In this document: one piece after another, positions 40,095 through 53,326 of the stretch
How the letters are laid out: every line of letters starts with the position of its first letter
Position numbering within the stretch: the stretch's first letter is position 1
Origin: Nitrospinaceae bacterium
GTDB lineage: Bacteria; Nitrospinota; Nitrospinia; Nitrospinales; Nitrospinaceae
Length of the DNA stretch: 64,000 nt
Assembly (NCBI GenBank): GCA_965223665.1
Contig: OZ245011.1
Location: 2,880,001 to 2,944,000, forward strand
Direction: 5' to 3'
The notes under the pieces: model-generated
Seen by the model: only the letters and a program-made list of their open reading frames with translations
The model's database searches: none
What the model was told of the DNA's origin: nothing
Made by a program: the position numbers and the translations under genes

Positions 40095-40264
40095 AATATT
40101 GGTTTTTTAAAATGATAATGGTTTTAACATTATATAGTTGTTCTTTAATCCCCACAATAATTTAGTAAAGAAACTCTATTTCTGGGCTTTTTTCAATGAA
40201 AGGGCAATCGGTTTTCATGGAAGAACAAAGTTGGAAGTAAGATTTCAAAAGTTTATTTTTACTT

Positions 40265-40936
40265 TTATCCCCAAGCAACTCCAGAAGTTAATTCAAAGTC
40301 ACAATACTCAATGAGCAATACTCGCCTCTGTGAAGGAAAGGTGGCCTTACTGGAAGAATGTAACACAAGAGGGTGCATGGTTATCAATGAACCTGCATTT
40401 GCATGACAAACATAAGGAATATTTACCCTATCTTTAGTATATTTCTGAATCATCTCTTTTGACATGATTCCTCCGAAATGGCTCCCGGGAAAAACTTTTA
40501 AACAACCATTCTCTTCGTCTGCACCATCTAGATGAATGCGAAAAATTATCATTTGGTTGAGCACCTCAACAGGAGGTTGAACATGATGAATTCCCTCTTT
40601 CAAACTCCAGGGACCCCATCCGGTTAAATTAAACTTTTTTGAAACTGCAACCGTTCGGTCCTGGTGCCAGGGGACTAGCCAATTATTTGTTTCTGTTTTA
40701 TTAAAAAGGATAACCCTTACTAGCTGAGGATTTCTTTTTAGGTATTCTTTAGCAGACTTCACAAGCAGGTTAGAGGAAACCAAATTTTTGATTGTAAAAA
40801 GTTTTTTTTCTGCGCACCTAATTCCTCCCTTACCCATGGGTAAATCGACCTCTTCAATTTCGCTTATTATAGATTCAATTTTAGGAGGTTTTAAATAGTC
40901 ATTAATTATTTTGAATCCATAATTAAAGAAATTCAT
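40265..40936 (-). CDS. Phytanoyl-CoA dioxygenase family (Fe/2OG) protein
   Basis: WHQD, NGCLKVFPGSH, LHSS...RRVL. Confidence 0.85.
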   Translation of the reverse strand: MNFFNYGFKIINDYLKPPKIESIISEIEEVDLPMGKGGIRCAEKKLFTIKNLVSSNLLVKSAKEYLKRNPQLVRVILFNKTETNNWLVPWHQDRTVAVSKKFNLTGWGPWSLKEGIHHVQPPVEVLNQMIIFRIHLDGADEENGCLKVFPGSHFGGIMSKEMIQKYTKDRVNIPYVCHANAGSLITMHPLVLHSSSKATFPSQRRVLLIEYCDFELTSGVAWG

Positions 40937-40990
40937 TCTTGTTTAATTCTTAAGGGGGAAAAATAAAAAAGGAAAAAATATGAGGGTAAA

Positions 40991-41082
<92 letters not shown>

Positions 41083-41101
41083 AATTTGAAAATTACAATT
41101 T

Positions 41102-41716
41102 TTAAAAATTTTTCTCTTGAACTGCTACAGCAAAGTCTTTGTCCACCACAATGGTAGATGAACCGCCCATTCCACCTGTGATATAACCTAAAGCCATATG
41201 CCTAAATTTTTTCTGGTGAGCGGTAAATTCTATTTCTACCGAACCTTCACCTCCGGGATGAAACGTTTCTATAACTGTTTCACCAGTAGCAACATCCGGA
41301 AACGCATACTTTTCATTACGAGGTCCAAATATTTTAATTTCTTCAAGAATTGCTGGGCTTTGGTTAACAATCTTGATTTCTACTTCGTTAGCAATCCACA
41401 AGCCAGCATAAAAACAAAAACCTGCAATCGGATAATTAAGAACCAGTAAAAAAATAACCCCCAGGTATTGCTTTTTAAGAGAGCGATCCCTAAATATTTT
41501 TTTGAGAGTTTTAGAAATATACCTTGAAACTAATACTATCAGCGAAACTAAATTTAGTGGAACCGCTATATAAAGCAATGCGATTCCTGTAAACGGTACC
41601 CAGGTAATTCGGGTAACATACCAAACCCACAATATGAAAATTCCTATCACCATTGGGGTTAACGCGATGACATAAAAATTTTTACTCAACCGATCGGGAT
41701 TGCTCACAGTATCCAT
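41102..41716 (-). CDS. Hypothetical membrane protein (3 TM + small beta domain)
   Basis: Three hydrophobic helices then IVNQS...GYITGGMGG beta-rich domain. Confidence 0.7.
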   Translation of the reverse strand: MDTVSNPDRLSKNFYVIALTPMVIGIFILWVWYVTRITWVPFTGIALLYIAVPLNLVSLIVLVSRYISKTLKKIFRDRSLKKQYLGVIFLLVLNYPIAGFCFYAGLWIANEVEIKIVNQSPAILEEIKIFGPRNEKYAFPDVATGETVIETFHPGGEGSVEIEFTAHQKKFRHMALGYITGGMGGSSTIVVDKDFAVAVQEKNF

Positions 41717-41774
41717 TTAATTAGGATACCGAGATACTTATCTATTAGCAATAATCGGGTAACAACCAAAGGAG

Positions 41775-41857
41775 CGGAGGGAGTAGGATTCGAACCCACG
41801 GAACTTTCGTTCAACGGTTTTCAAGACCGCCGCCTTAAACCACTCGGCCATCCCTCC
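41775..41857 (-). tRNA. tRNA-Ser (TGA), CCA not encoded
   Basis: GCGGT-CTTGAAA-ACCGT anticodon arm, long variable arm; 3' end reads CCCTCC-G-CTC. Confidence 0.92.
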
Positions 41858-41944
41858 TTGTATTTTGCCATTACTAGTTGCCAGTATTCTTTAGACGGTA
41901 TTCTAGCAAGGAAAAAATATTCAGCAACCCCAAAAAATCCAGGA

Positions 41945-43228
41945 TTATTTAACAGAAATAGATGTCAATCCATTCATATAGGGGCGAATGACTTCAGGAA
42001 TTTCAATACTGCCATCTGCTTTTTGGTAATTTTCCAGAACTGCAACAAATAAACGGCCCGCGGCCAATCCCGAACCATTTAAGGTATGGACCAATTCAGG
42101 TTTTCCACCTGTTTTTCTCTTAAATCTTATTTTTGCTCGCCGGGCCTGGTAGTCGGTAAAATTGCTGCATGATGAAATTTCTCTATAAGCATTTTGACTG
42201 GGTATCCAAACTTCCAGATCAAAAGTTTTTGCCGCAGAGAACCCCAGGTCCCCAGTACACAAATTGGCTACCCGGTAGGGCAGCTTAAGTTTCTCTAGAA
42301 TCGATTCCGCATCTTTAACTAATTTATCCAGTTCTTCATAGGATCTTTCAGGAGAAACAAATTTCACCAGTTCCACCTTGTCAAATTGATGCTGACGAAT
42401 AATACCCTGAGTATCTTTTCCATGAGAACCGGCCTCCCTTCGAAAACAGAGAGTATACGCCGCATAGGCAACAGGCAATTCTTCTTCTTTTAAAACTTCA
42501 TCGCGATGATAATTTGTCACAGGTACTTCCGCAGTAGGGATTAGATAAAAAGGATCTTCATTGAGTTTAAATAAATCCTCTTCGAACTTAGGAAGTTGCC
42601 CCGTTCCTTCTAATGTTTGTGCCTTTACAAGAACCGGAGGATAAATTTCCTGATAACCATTTTCCCGAGTTTGAATATCCAACATGAATTGGATTAATGC
42701 TCTTAATAATGTAGCGCCTTTTCCTTTAAACACCGCGAAGCGAGCCCCAGAAATTTTTGCAGCTCGTTTCAAATCTAATATATCTAACCCTTCTCCAAGC
42801 TCCAGATGATTTTTTATTTTAAAATCAAATTCCGGTTTTTCTCCCCAATATCTTAGAATTTCATTCTGTGATTCATCTTGACCTACAGGTACAGAAGGAT
42901 TGGGTAAGTTTGGAATTTTTAACAGAATCGAACGTATTTGATTTTCTGAGTCTCGGGTAACCTCTTCGAGATTTTTTATTTCAAGATTCATTTTCTTGAC
43001 CTGTTCCATCTGTTCAGAAGCATCTTTTCCTTCCCGTTTTAAATTGCCCACTTCTGCGGAAAGTTTATTTTTTTGATTTTTTAGAGTTTCCATTTGCTTT
43101 TGCTTATCCCGATGCTCCCCATCTTTTTGAATTAAACCATCCAGGTCCGCAGAAGTGCTTGCACCTCTTTGGTTGAGTTGATCTTTTATGGATTGAGAAT
43201 TTTCACGAATGTGTTTTATATCGAGCAT
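41945..43228 (-). CDS. serS: Serine--tRNA ligase
   Basis: [47 protein letters not shown]. Confidence 0.98.
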   Translation of the reverse strand: MLDIKHIRENSQSIKDQLNQRGASTSADLDGLIQKDGEHRDKQKQMETLKNQKNKLSAEVGNLKREGKDASEQMEQVKKMNLEIKNLEEVTRDSENQIRSILLKIPNLPNPSVPVGQDESQNEILRYWGEKPEFDFKIKNHLELGEGLDILDLKRAAKISGARFAVFKGKGATLLRALIQFMLDIQTRENGYQEIYPPVLVKAQTLEGTGQLPKFEEDLFKLNEDPFYLIPTAEVPVTNYHRDEVLKEEELPVAYAAYTLCFRREAGSHGKDTQGIIRQHQFDKVELVKFVSPERSYEELDKLVKDAESILEKLKLPYRVANLCTGDLGFSAAKTFDLEVWIPSQNAYREISSCSNFTDYQARRAKIRFKRKTGGKPELVHTLNGSGLAAGRLFVAVLENYQKADGSIEIPEVIRPYMNGLTSISVK

Positions 43229-44094
43229 TAGCGTCTGGACCTTTTTCTACTTCGTCTTTTATATCTGGGTATTTTCTTTTTAGAACGCCCACCCTTTTTG
43301 ATGCGTTTATTAATTCCCTCTAATTTCATTTTGATCAGGGCAGGATAGGGATAACTGTTTTCCATACTTTTGAATCGATTATAAGCCAGTTTCAATTTTC
43401 CTTCATCTTCTAAACAAGATGCCATGATAAATTCCATTTCATGGTTGAATCGACTTCCTGGATATTCAACTTTAAAATTAGAATATTGATCACGGGCATC
43501 TGGACAACGTTTTAACGAATAAAGTATTTCTGTGATCCTGTAATAAGTTTCTTCACTCCAGGGGTTGTGCGGATATTGCTCCAACAACATTTCTAATTCG
43601 ACCAGTGCCTGTTCATAATTATTTTTTTTGAGATAAATAATAGCAATTCGGAATTGGTGCTCCGGTTTAACCTCGGCATTATCAAAATTGTTAATTAATT
43701 TTTGATATTCAATAATTGCCTGGTCTAAATCCTCAAAAGAGTTTTCTACAATATCTGCAATATTTTTTTGAGCTTCATAAGCAAATTTGCCTGGAGGAAT
43801 CATTTCCACTACTTCCTGGAAATAACTGATGGCTTGTTCAGCCTCTCCCAATCCAAAATAATATATTTCACCCAGTCTATATAATGCTTCTTCTGCAAAA
43901 GGTCCGGAAGGTTTAATTTTTAATATTGATTTGAAAATTTCTACAGCACTATGGTTTCTACCTTCGACCCATTCTATATTGGCCTTTGTAAGTAATTCTT
44001 TTACTCGGGAATCTTCACAGCTCATGAAAAATAAAGCTACAAAAATAAGACCCATGAATCGCAAAGCCCAATTTCGGTATGAAATTAATTGCAT
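43228..44094 (-). CDS. TPR lipoprotein (BamD/CpoB-like)
   Basis: FMSC lipobox-like, TPR repeats, basic C-terminal tail; stop overlaps serS start. Confidence 0.7.
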   Translation of the reverse strand: MQLISYRNWALRFMGLIFVALFFMSCEDSRVKELLTKANIEWVEGRNHSAVEIFKSILKIKPSGPFAEEALYRLGEIYYFGLGEAEQAISYFQEVVEMIPPGKFAYEAQKNIADIVENSFEDLDQAIIEYQKLINNFDNAEVKPEHQFRIAIIYLKKNNYEQALVELEMLLEQYPHNPWSEETYYRITEILYSLKRCPDARDQYSNFKVEYPGSRFNHEMEFIMASCLEDEGKLKLAYNRFKSMENSYPYPALIKMKLEGINKRIKKGGRSKKKIPRYKRRSRKRSRR

Positions 44095-44143
44095 AAAAAA
44101 ATTTTCGGAAGTTTAAGAATATGAAAACAAACTAAAAAACCAA

Positions 44144-44173
44144 ACGCCCCACAGTTTTTTTTAACTGGGGGCG
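44144..44173 (-). terminator. Probable terminator after gyrA
   Basis: CGCCCC(A)CAGTT...AACTGGGGGCG inverted repeat. Confidence 0.6.
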
Positions 44174-44244
44174 GAAATCCTCATTAAAAACATCTTTATG
44201 AATATACTTAGAAAAAACTTTTCTTATTCTTTAATATAAAAAGA

Positions 44245-46662
44245 TTATTCGACAAATTTTTCTACTGCCATTACACGATTGTCGTCTTCAATACGAGTAA
44301 GACGCACTCCCTGGGTATTGCGACCCATGGTGGAAATTTCATTCACCATCATTCGAATAATATTTCCTTTGGAGGTTACAATTAAAAGTTCGTCATTTTC
44401 ATTTACCTGTTCAACAGCAACTACAGAACCAATTTTCTCATTACATTTGATTGTAATAACTCCAAGACCACCACGCCCTTGTACTGGGTAATCATCCAAA
44501 GGAGTTCGTTTTCCATAACCCTTTTCTGTAACGGTCAAGATAGAGTTTCCAGGTTCAACAATATCTGCACCTACAACATAATCATCGCCCCGAAATCGAA
44601 TTCCCTGCACCCCTCGTCCTGTACGACCAATAGCTCGAACATCAGATTCATTAAAGCGAATGGACATACCCTCTTTAGTGACCAGCAACACATCTTTGGA
44701 ACCATCACTTAATTTAGCCGCAATCACACGATCACCAGCATCAACCGTTAACCCTATGATTCCGCCCTGTCGAACATTGCTATAAGCCATAAGAGATGTT
44801 TTTTTAACAACACCTCCCCTTGTGATGCAAATCACGAATTTATCTTTTTCAAATGTTTTCACCGATAAAATACTGGCGATTTTTTCATCGGGCTGTAAAT
44901 TGATTAAATTGGCAATTGATTTACCTTTCGCCGTTCGGCCTGCCTCAGGGAGGTTATACACTTTTAGCCAATGAATTTTTCCAATACTCGTAAAAATTAA
45001 TAGATAATCCAGGGTCGAAGCAACAAACAACTGATGGACCACATCCAGTTCAACAACCCCCATCCCTTTAACGCCTTTTCCACCCCTCTTTTGTGATCGG
45101 TAGTTTGCTATATTCTGTCGCTTAATATAACCACTTCGAGAATAGGTCACCACAACATCCTCATCTGCAATCATATCTTCGATGTGAATTTCAGCTTCAT
45201 CCGTTTCAATTATTTCTGTACGACGGTCATCACCATACTTATCTTTGATTTCCGTCAACTCGTCTCGAATAATTTTTAATTTTACATCTTCATTCGCCAA
45301 AATATTTTCAAATTTTGCTATCTCCTTTCGGGTCGCTTCCAACTCATCCACAATCTTTTGCCGTTCCAACCCGGTCAATCTCTGCAAACGCATATCCAAA
45401 ATAGCTTTTGCTTGAATTTCAGAGAGTTCAAACTGGTTCATTAAACCAGTTTTTGCCTCACTAGGGTCAGCTGCTTGACGAATTAGCTTCACCACTGCAT
45501 CCATGTTATCGATGGCTATTTTCAGACCTTCAAAAATGTGCTCTTTTTCCCGTGCTTTTTTGAGATCAAATTCAGTCCGACGAGTAACAATCTCTTGACG
45601 AAAAATAATAAACTGATGCAACATTTCCTTCAGGTTTAGGACCTTGGGTTCTTTTCTTACCAAAGCAAGCATAATAATCCCAAAGGTCTCCTGCATCTGC
45701 GTGTTTTTATAAAGCGTATTCAGCACCACCTGGGAGTTGATACCTTTTTTAAGTTCAATAACGACCCGAATTCCATCACGATCCGATTCATCCCTTAAAT
45801 CAGAAATTCCTTCCAGACGTTTATCTCGAACCAGTTGTGCAATTTTTTCCATTAATCGAGCTTTATTAACTTGATAGGGTAATTCGCGGACAATAATATA
45901 TTCACGGTCGCCTTTAGCATTATTTTCAATTTCAACCCGGGCTCGTACTTTTATTTGTCCCCGACCTGTGTGATAAGCAGATCGAATTCCTGAGGTACCA
46001 AATATCAAACCCTGAGTTGGAAAATCTGGTCCAGGAACAATTTGAATAAGATCTTCAATTGTACTATCCGGTTCATTTATCAAATGAATAGTGGCATTAA
46101 CTACTTCTCTTAAATTATGGGGAGGAATATTTGTGGCCATTCCTACTGCAATACCAGAAGCACCGTTTACCAATAATTGAGGGAAAGCAGCAGGTAAAAC
46201 TGTCGGTTCTGTCAATGATTCGTCATAATTTGGAACATATTGAACCGTATCCTTCTCCAGATCCCGCAGCATTTCCTGGGTAATTTGTTCCATCCGAATT
46301 TCTGTATACCGCATTGCAGCTGCAGAATCCCCATCCACCGATCCAAAATTTCCCTGGCCATCTACCAAGGGATATCGCAGGGAAAAAGGTTGTGCCATTC
46401 GTACGATCGTGTCATAAACAGCCATTTCTCCATGGGGATGATATTTACCTATAACATCACCAACAATACGGGCTGACTTTTTGTAGGGTCTATTAAAGGT
46501 ATTGCTTTGCTCATGCATTGCAAAAAGCGTTCGCCGATGAACCGGTTTTAAACCATCTCGAATATCAGGTAATGCCCTGCCAATAATAACGCTCATGGCA
46601 TAGTCGAGATAAGCACTACGCATTTCATCTTCAATATTTATTTTCTCAATTATTTCGCCCAT
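44245..46662 (-). CDS. gyrA: DNA gyrase subunit A
   Basis: [25 protein letters not shown] catalytic Tyr, GyrA-box QKRGGKG. Confidence 0.98.
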   Translation of the reverse strand: MGEIIEKINIEDEMRSAYLDYAMSVIIGRALPDIRDGLKPVHRRTLFAMHEQSNTFNRPYKKSARIVGDVIGKYHPHGEMAVYDTIVRMAQPFSLRYPLVDGQGNFGSVDGDSAAAMRYTEIRMEQITQEMLRDLEKDTVQYVPNYDESLTEPTVLPAAFPQLLVNGASGIAVGMATNIPPHNLREVVNATIHLINEPDSTIEDLIQIVPGPDFPTQGLIFGTSGIRSAYHTGRGQIKVRARVEIENNAKGDREYIIVRELPYQVNKARLMEKIAQLVRDKRLEGISDLRDESDRDGIRVVIELKKGINSQVVLNTLYKNTQMQETFGIIMLALVRKEPKVLNLKEMLHQFIIFRQEIVTRRTEFDLKKAREKEHIFEGLKIAIDNMDAVVKLIRQAADPSEAKTGLMNQFELSEIQAKAILDMRLQRLTGLERQKIVDELEATRKEIAKFENILANEDVKLKIIRDELTEIKDKYGDDRRTEIIETDEAEIHIEDMIADEDVVVTYSRSGYIKRQNIANYRSQKRGGKGVKGMGVVELDVVHQLFVASTLDYLLIFTSIGKIHWLKVYNLPEAGRTAKGKSIANLINLQPDEKIASILSVKTFEKDKFVICITRGGVVKKTSLMAYSNVRQGGIIGLTVDAGDRVIAAKLSDGSKDVLLVTKEGMSIRFNESDVRAIGRTGRGVQGIRFRGDDYVVGADIVEPGNSILTVTEKGYGKRTPLDDYPVQGRGGLGVITIKCNEKIGSVVAVEQVNENDELLIVTSKGNIIRMMVNEISTMGRNTQGVRLTRIEDDNRVMAVEKFVE

Positions 46663-46818
46663 AAATTTTTAAACAGATTTAAGTTTTGATGATTAGCTCG
46701 CCTTTTGTTAAGGAGCTCTTTCAGGAGGACTTTTTCATTCTTAATGTTCCGTGGAATTTGCTTTCTTGAAAAAATCTAAATTTTTTTTTAAAAATCAGAG
46801 AATATGTATGACGGAAAA

Positions 46819-49422
<2,604 letters not shown>

Positions 49423-49660
49423 TTACTAGTATTAATCTAAAAAATAGTTAAAGAATAAAAACTTTTAGTAGAAGTTGTAGGGGCTGTGAGTAAGTGGGAA
49501 AATACCGTAATTATTGAATTTTAAAGGAAAATATTAAAGAATAATTTCTGAAATACTCGAGTCACTCCAGCACCGGGTGGGGAAAAATCCTTTCCTTATA
49601 TATTATACTCTATTTTAAGCAATTATATTCACAAAATTTTGACCGTTTTTCCACAATTTT
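49423..49660. other. Probable replication origin (oriC) unwinding region
   Basis: TAG TAG AAG TTG TAG trios (49466-49480), GGGC, DnaA-box-like TGTGAGTAA/GTGGGAAAA (49485-49502); further boxes ATATTCACA (49625-49633) and TTTTCCACA (49647-49655); immediately downstream of dnaA. Confidence 0.8.
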
Positions 49661-50998
49661 CTAACTTTCCAGAGACTTGATAATTTGCTGAACGGTCTTG
49701 GATAACTCATTGTTTTCTTTCAAAATACCGGTAATTTTTTTATGGGAAAATATGACGGTGGTATGATCTTTACCCCCAAACTGTTTTCCAATTTCCGGTA
49801 AGGAAGATTGAGTGTATTCGCGGCAAATATACATGGCAATTTGCCGTGGGATGGAGATGTCTCGAGAGCGTTTTTTGGACTTCAAATCGGTTACTTTAAT
49901 TTGAAAATATTGGGCAACCGTTTTTTGAATATTATGGATGGTAAAGTTGCGATTTTTGTCTACAGTAAAATCTTTCAGAACTTCCTTGGCTAATTCTAAA
50001 TTAAGATCTCTTTTCGTGAAAGAGGCATAAGCGATCACCCTTAAGAGTAATCCTTCTAATTCTCGAATATTGGATTTGATATTGTTTGCTAAAAACATCG
50101 CTACATCTTGAGGGATTTTCTTTTTATGGGTCTCCGCTTTTTGAAATAAAATAGCCATTTTTGTTTCTAAATCGGGCGGCATGATATCTGCGATCAACCC
50201 ACTTTCGAAACGGGACCGGAGACGCTCCTCTATTTTTTGCATATCTTTCGGATATCGATCACTGGATATTACAATTTGCTTATGATATTCGTAAAGTGAA
50301 TTAAAGGTATAAAAAAACTCTTCTTGTGTTCTTTCTTTTCCTGCAATAAATTGAACATCATCCACCAATAAAACGTCTAAGGGGCGATATCTTTCCCTGA
50401 ACTGAGGCATTCTGTCTTTTTTGATGGATTCAATTAAATCAATGGTAAAACTTTCCGCAGAAATGTAACGTACTCGAATGTTCGGATTATTTTTGACGAT
50501 TTCATTTCCAATGGCATGGAGCAAATGAGTTTTCCCTAAACCCACGGCCCCATAAATAAACAATGGATTGTAATTTTGAGCGGGGTTTTGAACTACAGCC
50601 TGACAAGCGGCGTGAGCAAATTGGTTATTGGGTCCAATGACAAAATTTTCAAAAGTATATTTTATATTTAAAAAGGTTAAATTTGTTGGAGATTTGAACT
50701 CATTAATATCTTCTTTTTTTTTCGTTTTATTTTTTAAGGTAATTTCTTCAGAACTTTGAGGCTCTCCCACCAAAAATTGAACTTTTAAATCTTTTTTGGA
50801 TACATTGTTGAGAGTTTTTTGAATTAGATCAAGGTAGTTTTCTGTTAAACAACGTTCGAAAAATTGGTTGGGGACAGCTAAGGTAAAGTTCCCATCTTCC
50901 TGATTGCAGGGATAGATAGGTGTAAACCAAGTTAAAAAATTTTCTGGAAGAATTTTTTTTTCTATTTCATCAAGACAGTTTTTCCAAAGAATTTCCAT
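49661..50998 (-). CDS. dnaA: Chromosomal replication initiator
   Basis: YNPLFIYGAVGLGKTHL, DDVQF, RLRSRF, NIRELEG, GGKDHTTV. Confidence 0.98.
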   Translation of the reverse strand: MEILWKNCLDEIEKKILPENFLTWFTPIYPCNQEDGNFTLAVPNQFFERCLTENYLDLIQKTLNNVSKKDLKVQFLVGEPQSSEEITLKNKTKKKEDINEFKSPTNLTFLNIKYTFENFVIGPNNQFAHAACQAVVQNPAQNYNPLFIYGAVGLGKTHLLHAIGNEIVKNNPNIRVRYISAESFTIDLIESIKKDRMPQFRERYRPLDVLLVDDVQFIAGKERTQEEFFYTFNSLYEYHKQIVISSDRYPKDMQKIEERLRSRFESGLIADIMPPDLETKMAILFQKAETHKKKIPQDVAMFLANNIKSNIRELEGLLLRVIAYASFTKRDLNLELAKEVLKDFTVDKNRNFTIHNIQKTVAQYFQIKVTDLKSKKRSRDISIPRQIAMYICREYTQSSLPEIGKQFGGKDHTTVIFSHKKITGILKENNELSKTVQQIIKSLES

Positions 50999-51425
50999 AA
51001 GGCACTTTAAGAAAAGTTTTTGGGTGGGGAGTTAGGAATATATAAGACGAGATTTAGGAAATCAATAGGAAAAAAAACGAAAATGGATTTTTATTCGCTA
51101 AGTGTTTTGAAATAGAAGTTTTTCAGGAAAAATTTTTTTTAAAAAATTATTTTTTTCCGCCCACAATTTTAACCTTTCAAGGTATTACCTGTTGGGTCTA
51201 TTTTTTATTCATTTGAATCTAAATAAGTTAATCGCTTTTATTAAGAATTAAGGTTTTAATTGGGCGGGTACCGAGTAATAGAAATTGTTTCAATAATGTC
51301 ATAATTTTTAGGACAGACCAAGTTAAGATATTGTTTTTGTAATATTCACGATTAAAATTTTAATTGAAATGGAGTTTAAAATTTATTTAAAACAAATAAA
51401 AAATTGAGTTGTAATTTTTATTTCT

Positions 51426-52991
51426 TTAAACTTTATTGACTTGAAGAGATAATTTTTTATTGAAAGAATAATTTGATAAGTCTTGCTCCCTTATTTGAGG
51501 AAACGAAATTTTTACCAAGGTTCCTTTTCCCAAATTACTTGTAACATCAAGTTGGCCATTGAGCTTGCCAATTAAGTTTCTAATTATGCTATAACCTAAG
51601 CCGGTCCCTGCTTCTCCCTCAGTGCCTAGATCAGATGTTCTAGAGAAAGGTTGAAAAATAGAATTTAACTTTTCTTTAGACATTCCCACTCCATTATCCC
51701 GAATTGCTAATTCCAATCGGTCATTTTCGACCTCCTGAAGTAATAATTCGATTCGACCTTCTTTTGGAGTGAACTTGATTGAATTGGTAATTATATTGGT
51801 CACAATTCTTTGTAGAGCTGTATGGTTTCCCAGGATCCAATCAGTTTGGCTTTTGGTTCTGGACTCAATGGTAATATTTTTGCTTTTTGCCATAGGATTA
51901 AGAGTTGAAAGAGTATCCTCTATCGATTCCTGAATAGAAATCGGATAAGTTTCCAATGGCTGATCTTCAGTTTGAATTTGACTAAGACTTAGCAAATCAT
52001 TGACTAGGGATATTAAAAACTCTGAAGAAGAAAATATTTGTTTTGCGTAATTTTTCGTAGTTTGATCATCCACGGTTTGGGAGGACATTATTTCCGCGTA
52101 ACCTTTTATTGAAGTTATGGGACTTTTTAAATCATGTGAGCAAATTGCTAAGAAATTGTCTTTTAGTTTGTTTAATTTTTTTAGTTCTTCAATATTTTTT
52201 TTAAGATTTTTATTTAAAATTACCACGTTGAGATGAACATGAAGTCGGGCCAAAAATTCTTCTTTTGTAAAAGGTTTGGATAAATAGTCTGTACCCCCAG
52301 CTCGGAACATTTTTAATATATAAGACTGTTCATTTAATGAGCTAAGGAAAAAGATAGGAATATTTTCATTTTTCATTCCATACCTGATTTTTTTGCAAAG
52401 TTCCTCTCCAGACATTTGAGGCATAATTACATCAGTGACAATGAGATCAATTTTTGATTGATTTTGTTTATAAATTTCTAGGGCTTCATAACCATTTTCT
52501 GCCTCTAGGACATCGATTCCTTCTGCGGTTAAAATATCTTTCAAAAGAAAACGCACTACTTTAGAATCTTCTGCCACCAAGGCTGTCAGACCATTGAAAA
52601 TAGTTTTTGGGTTTAATATTTTTTGAATTCTGTTAACCAATTCACCTTTTAAAATGGGTTTTGATAAAAATTCAATGGCTCCATGGTTAAACCCTTTAAT
52701 TCTTTCTTCAAATGTATCTTGTTCTGTAATAAAAATGACCGGAGGGGGGAGAAAGTCTTTTAATTTTAAACTTTTTTTCCATTCGGATGATCTTAATCTT
52801 TTATAGGTTTCAAAACCGTTTAGATTGGGCATTTCCACATCCATGGTAATTAAATCCACGGATGTGGAAAGTAATATATCCAAGGCATCGAATCCGTTTG
52901 AAGCTTCAAAAACCTGGAAACCGTGGTTTTCCAATTCTATTTTGATATTTTTTCTAATTGATTTATTGTCGTCGACGACGAGAATTCTCAT
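51426..52991 (-). CDS. Cytoplasmic hybrid kinase REC-REC-HisKA-HATPase
   Basis: Two receiver domains (VVDD...DVEMP; AEDS...DVIMP), SHDLKSP H-box, NSIKFT, DNGVG, GTGLG. Confidence 0.9.
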   Translation of the reverse strand: MRILVVDDNKSIRKNIKIELENHGFQVFEASNGFDALDILLSTSVDLITMDVEMPNLNGFETYKRLRSSEWKKSLKLKDFLPPPVIFITEQDTFEERIKGFNHGAIEFLSKPILKGELVNRIQKILNPKTIFNGLTALVAEDSKVVRFLLKDILTAEGIDVLEAENGYEALEIYKQNQSKIDLIVTDVIMPQMSGEELCKKIRYGMKNENIPIFFLSSLNEQSYILKMFRAGGTDYLSKPFTKEEFLARLHVHLNVVILNKNLKKNIEELKKLNKLKDNFLAICSHDLKSPITSIKGYAEIMSSQTVDDQTTKNYAKQIFSSSEFLISLVNDLLSLSQIQTEDQPLETYPISIQESIEDTLSTLNPMAKSKNITIESRTKSQTDWILGNHTALQRIVTNIITNSIKFTPKEGRIELLLQEVENDRLELAIRDNGVGMSKEKLNSIFQPFSRTSDLGTEGEAGTGLGYSIIRNLIGKLNGQLDVTSNLGKGTLVKISFPQIREQDLSNYSFNKKLSLQVNKV

Positions 52992-53326
52992 ACTACCCTT
53001 TTTTAGCTAATTCTTATATTAGCCAGAGTAATGGCAAAAACGGTTTTTTACAACTCATTACAATCAAGAAATTAATTGATGAAGAAAAAAAAAATTAATA
53101 ATAAATTTCGGTAACAGGAAAATTTTGGAAGAATTAAAATTTTAAATTTTTGAATAAAAAATAGGATTGATTGTTTCTAAAATTAATAATTATTTTGAAA
53201 AGTCAAAAGATATTTTAATGGATTGGTGGGAATTCAAATTTTGTAAATAAAAAAATCTTTGTTTTTAATACGAATTTATTGGAATAAGAGAAATTAAAAA
53301 CAAAAATATTAGAGGGGGTTCCCAAA

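Noticed and set aside
46744-46759. parS-like TGTTCCGTGGAATT between gyrB and gyrA
   Set aside because: Lacks the central AC of TGTTNCACGTGNAACA, so spacing is wrong and the right end mismatches
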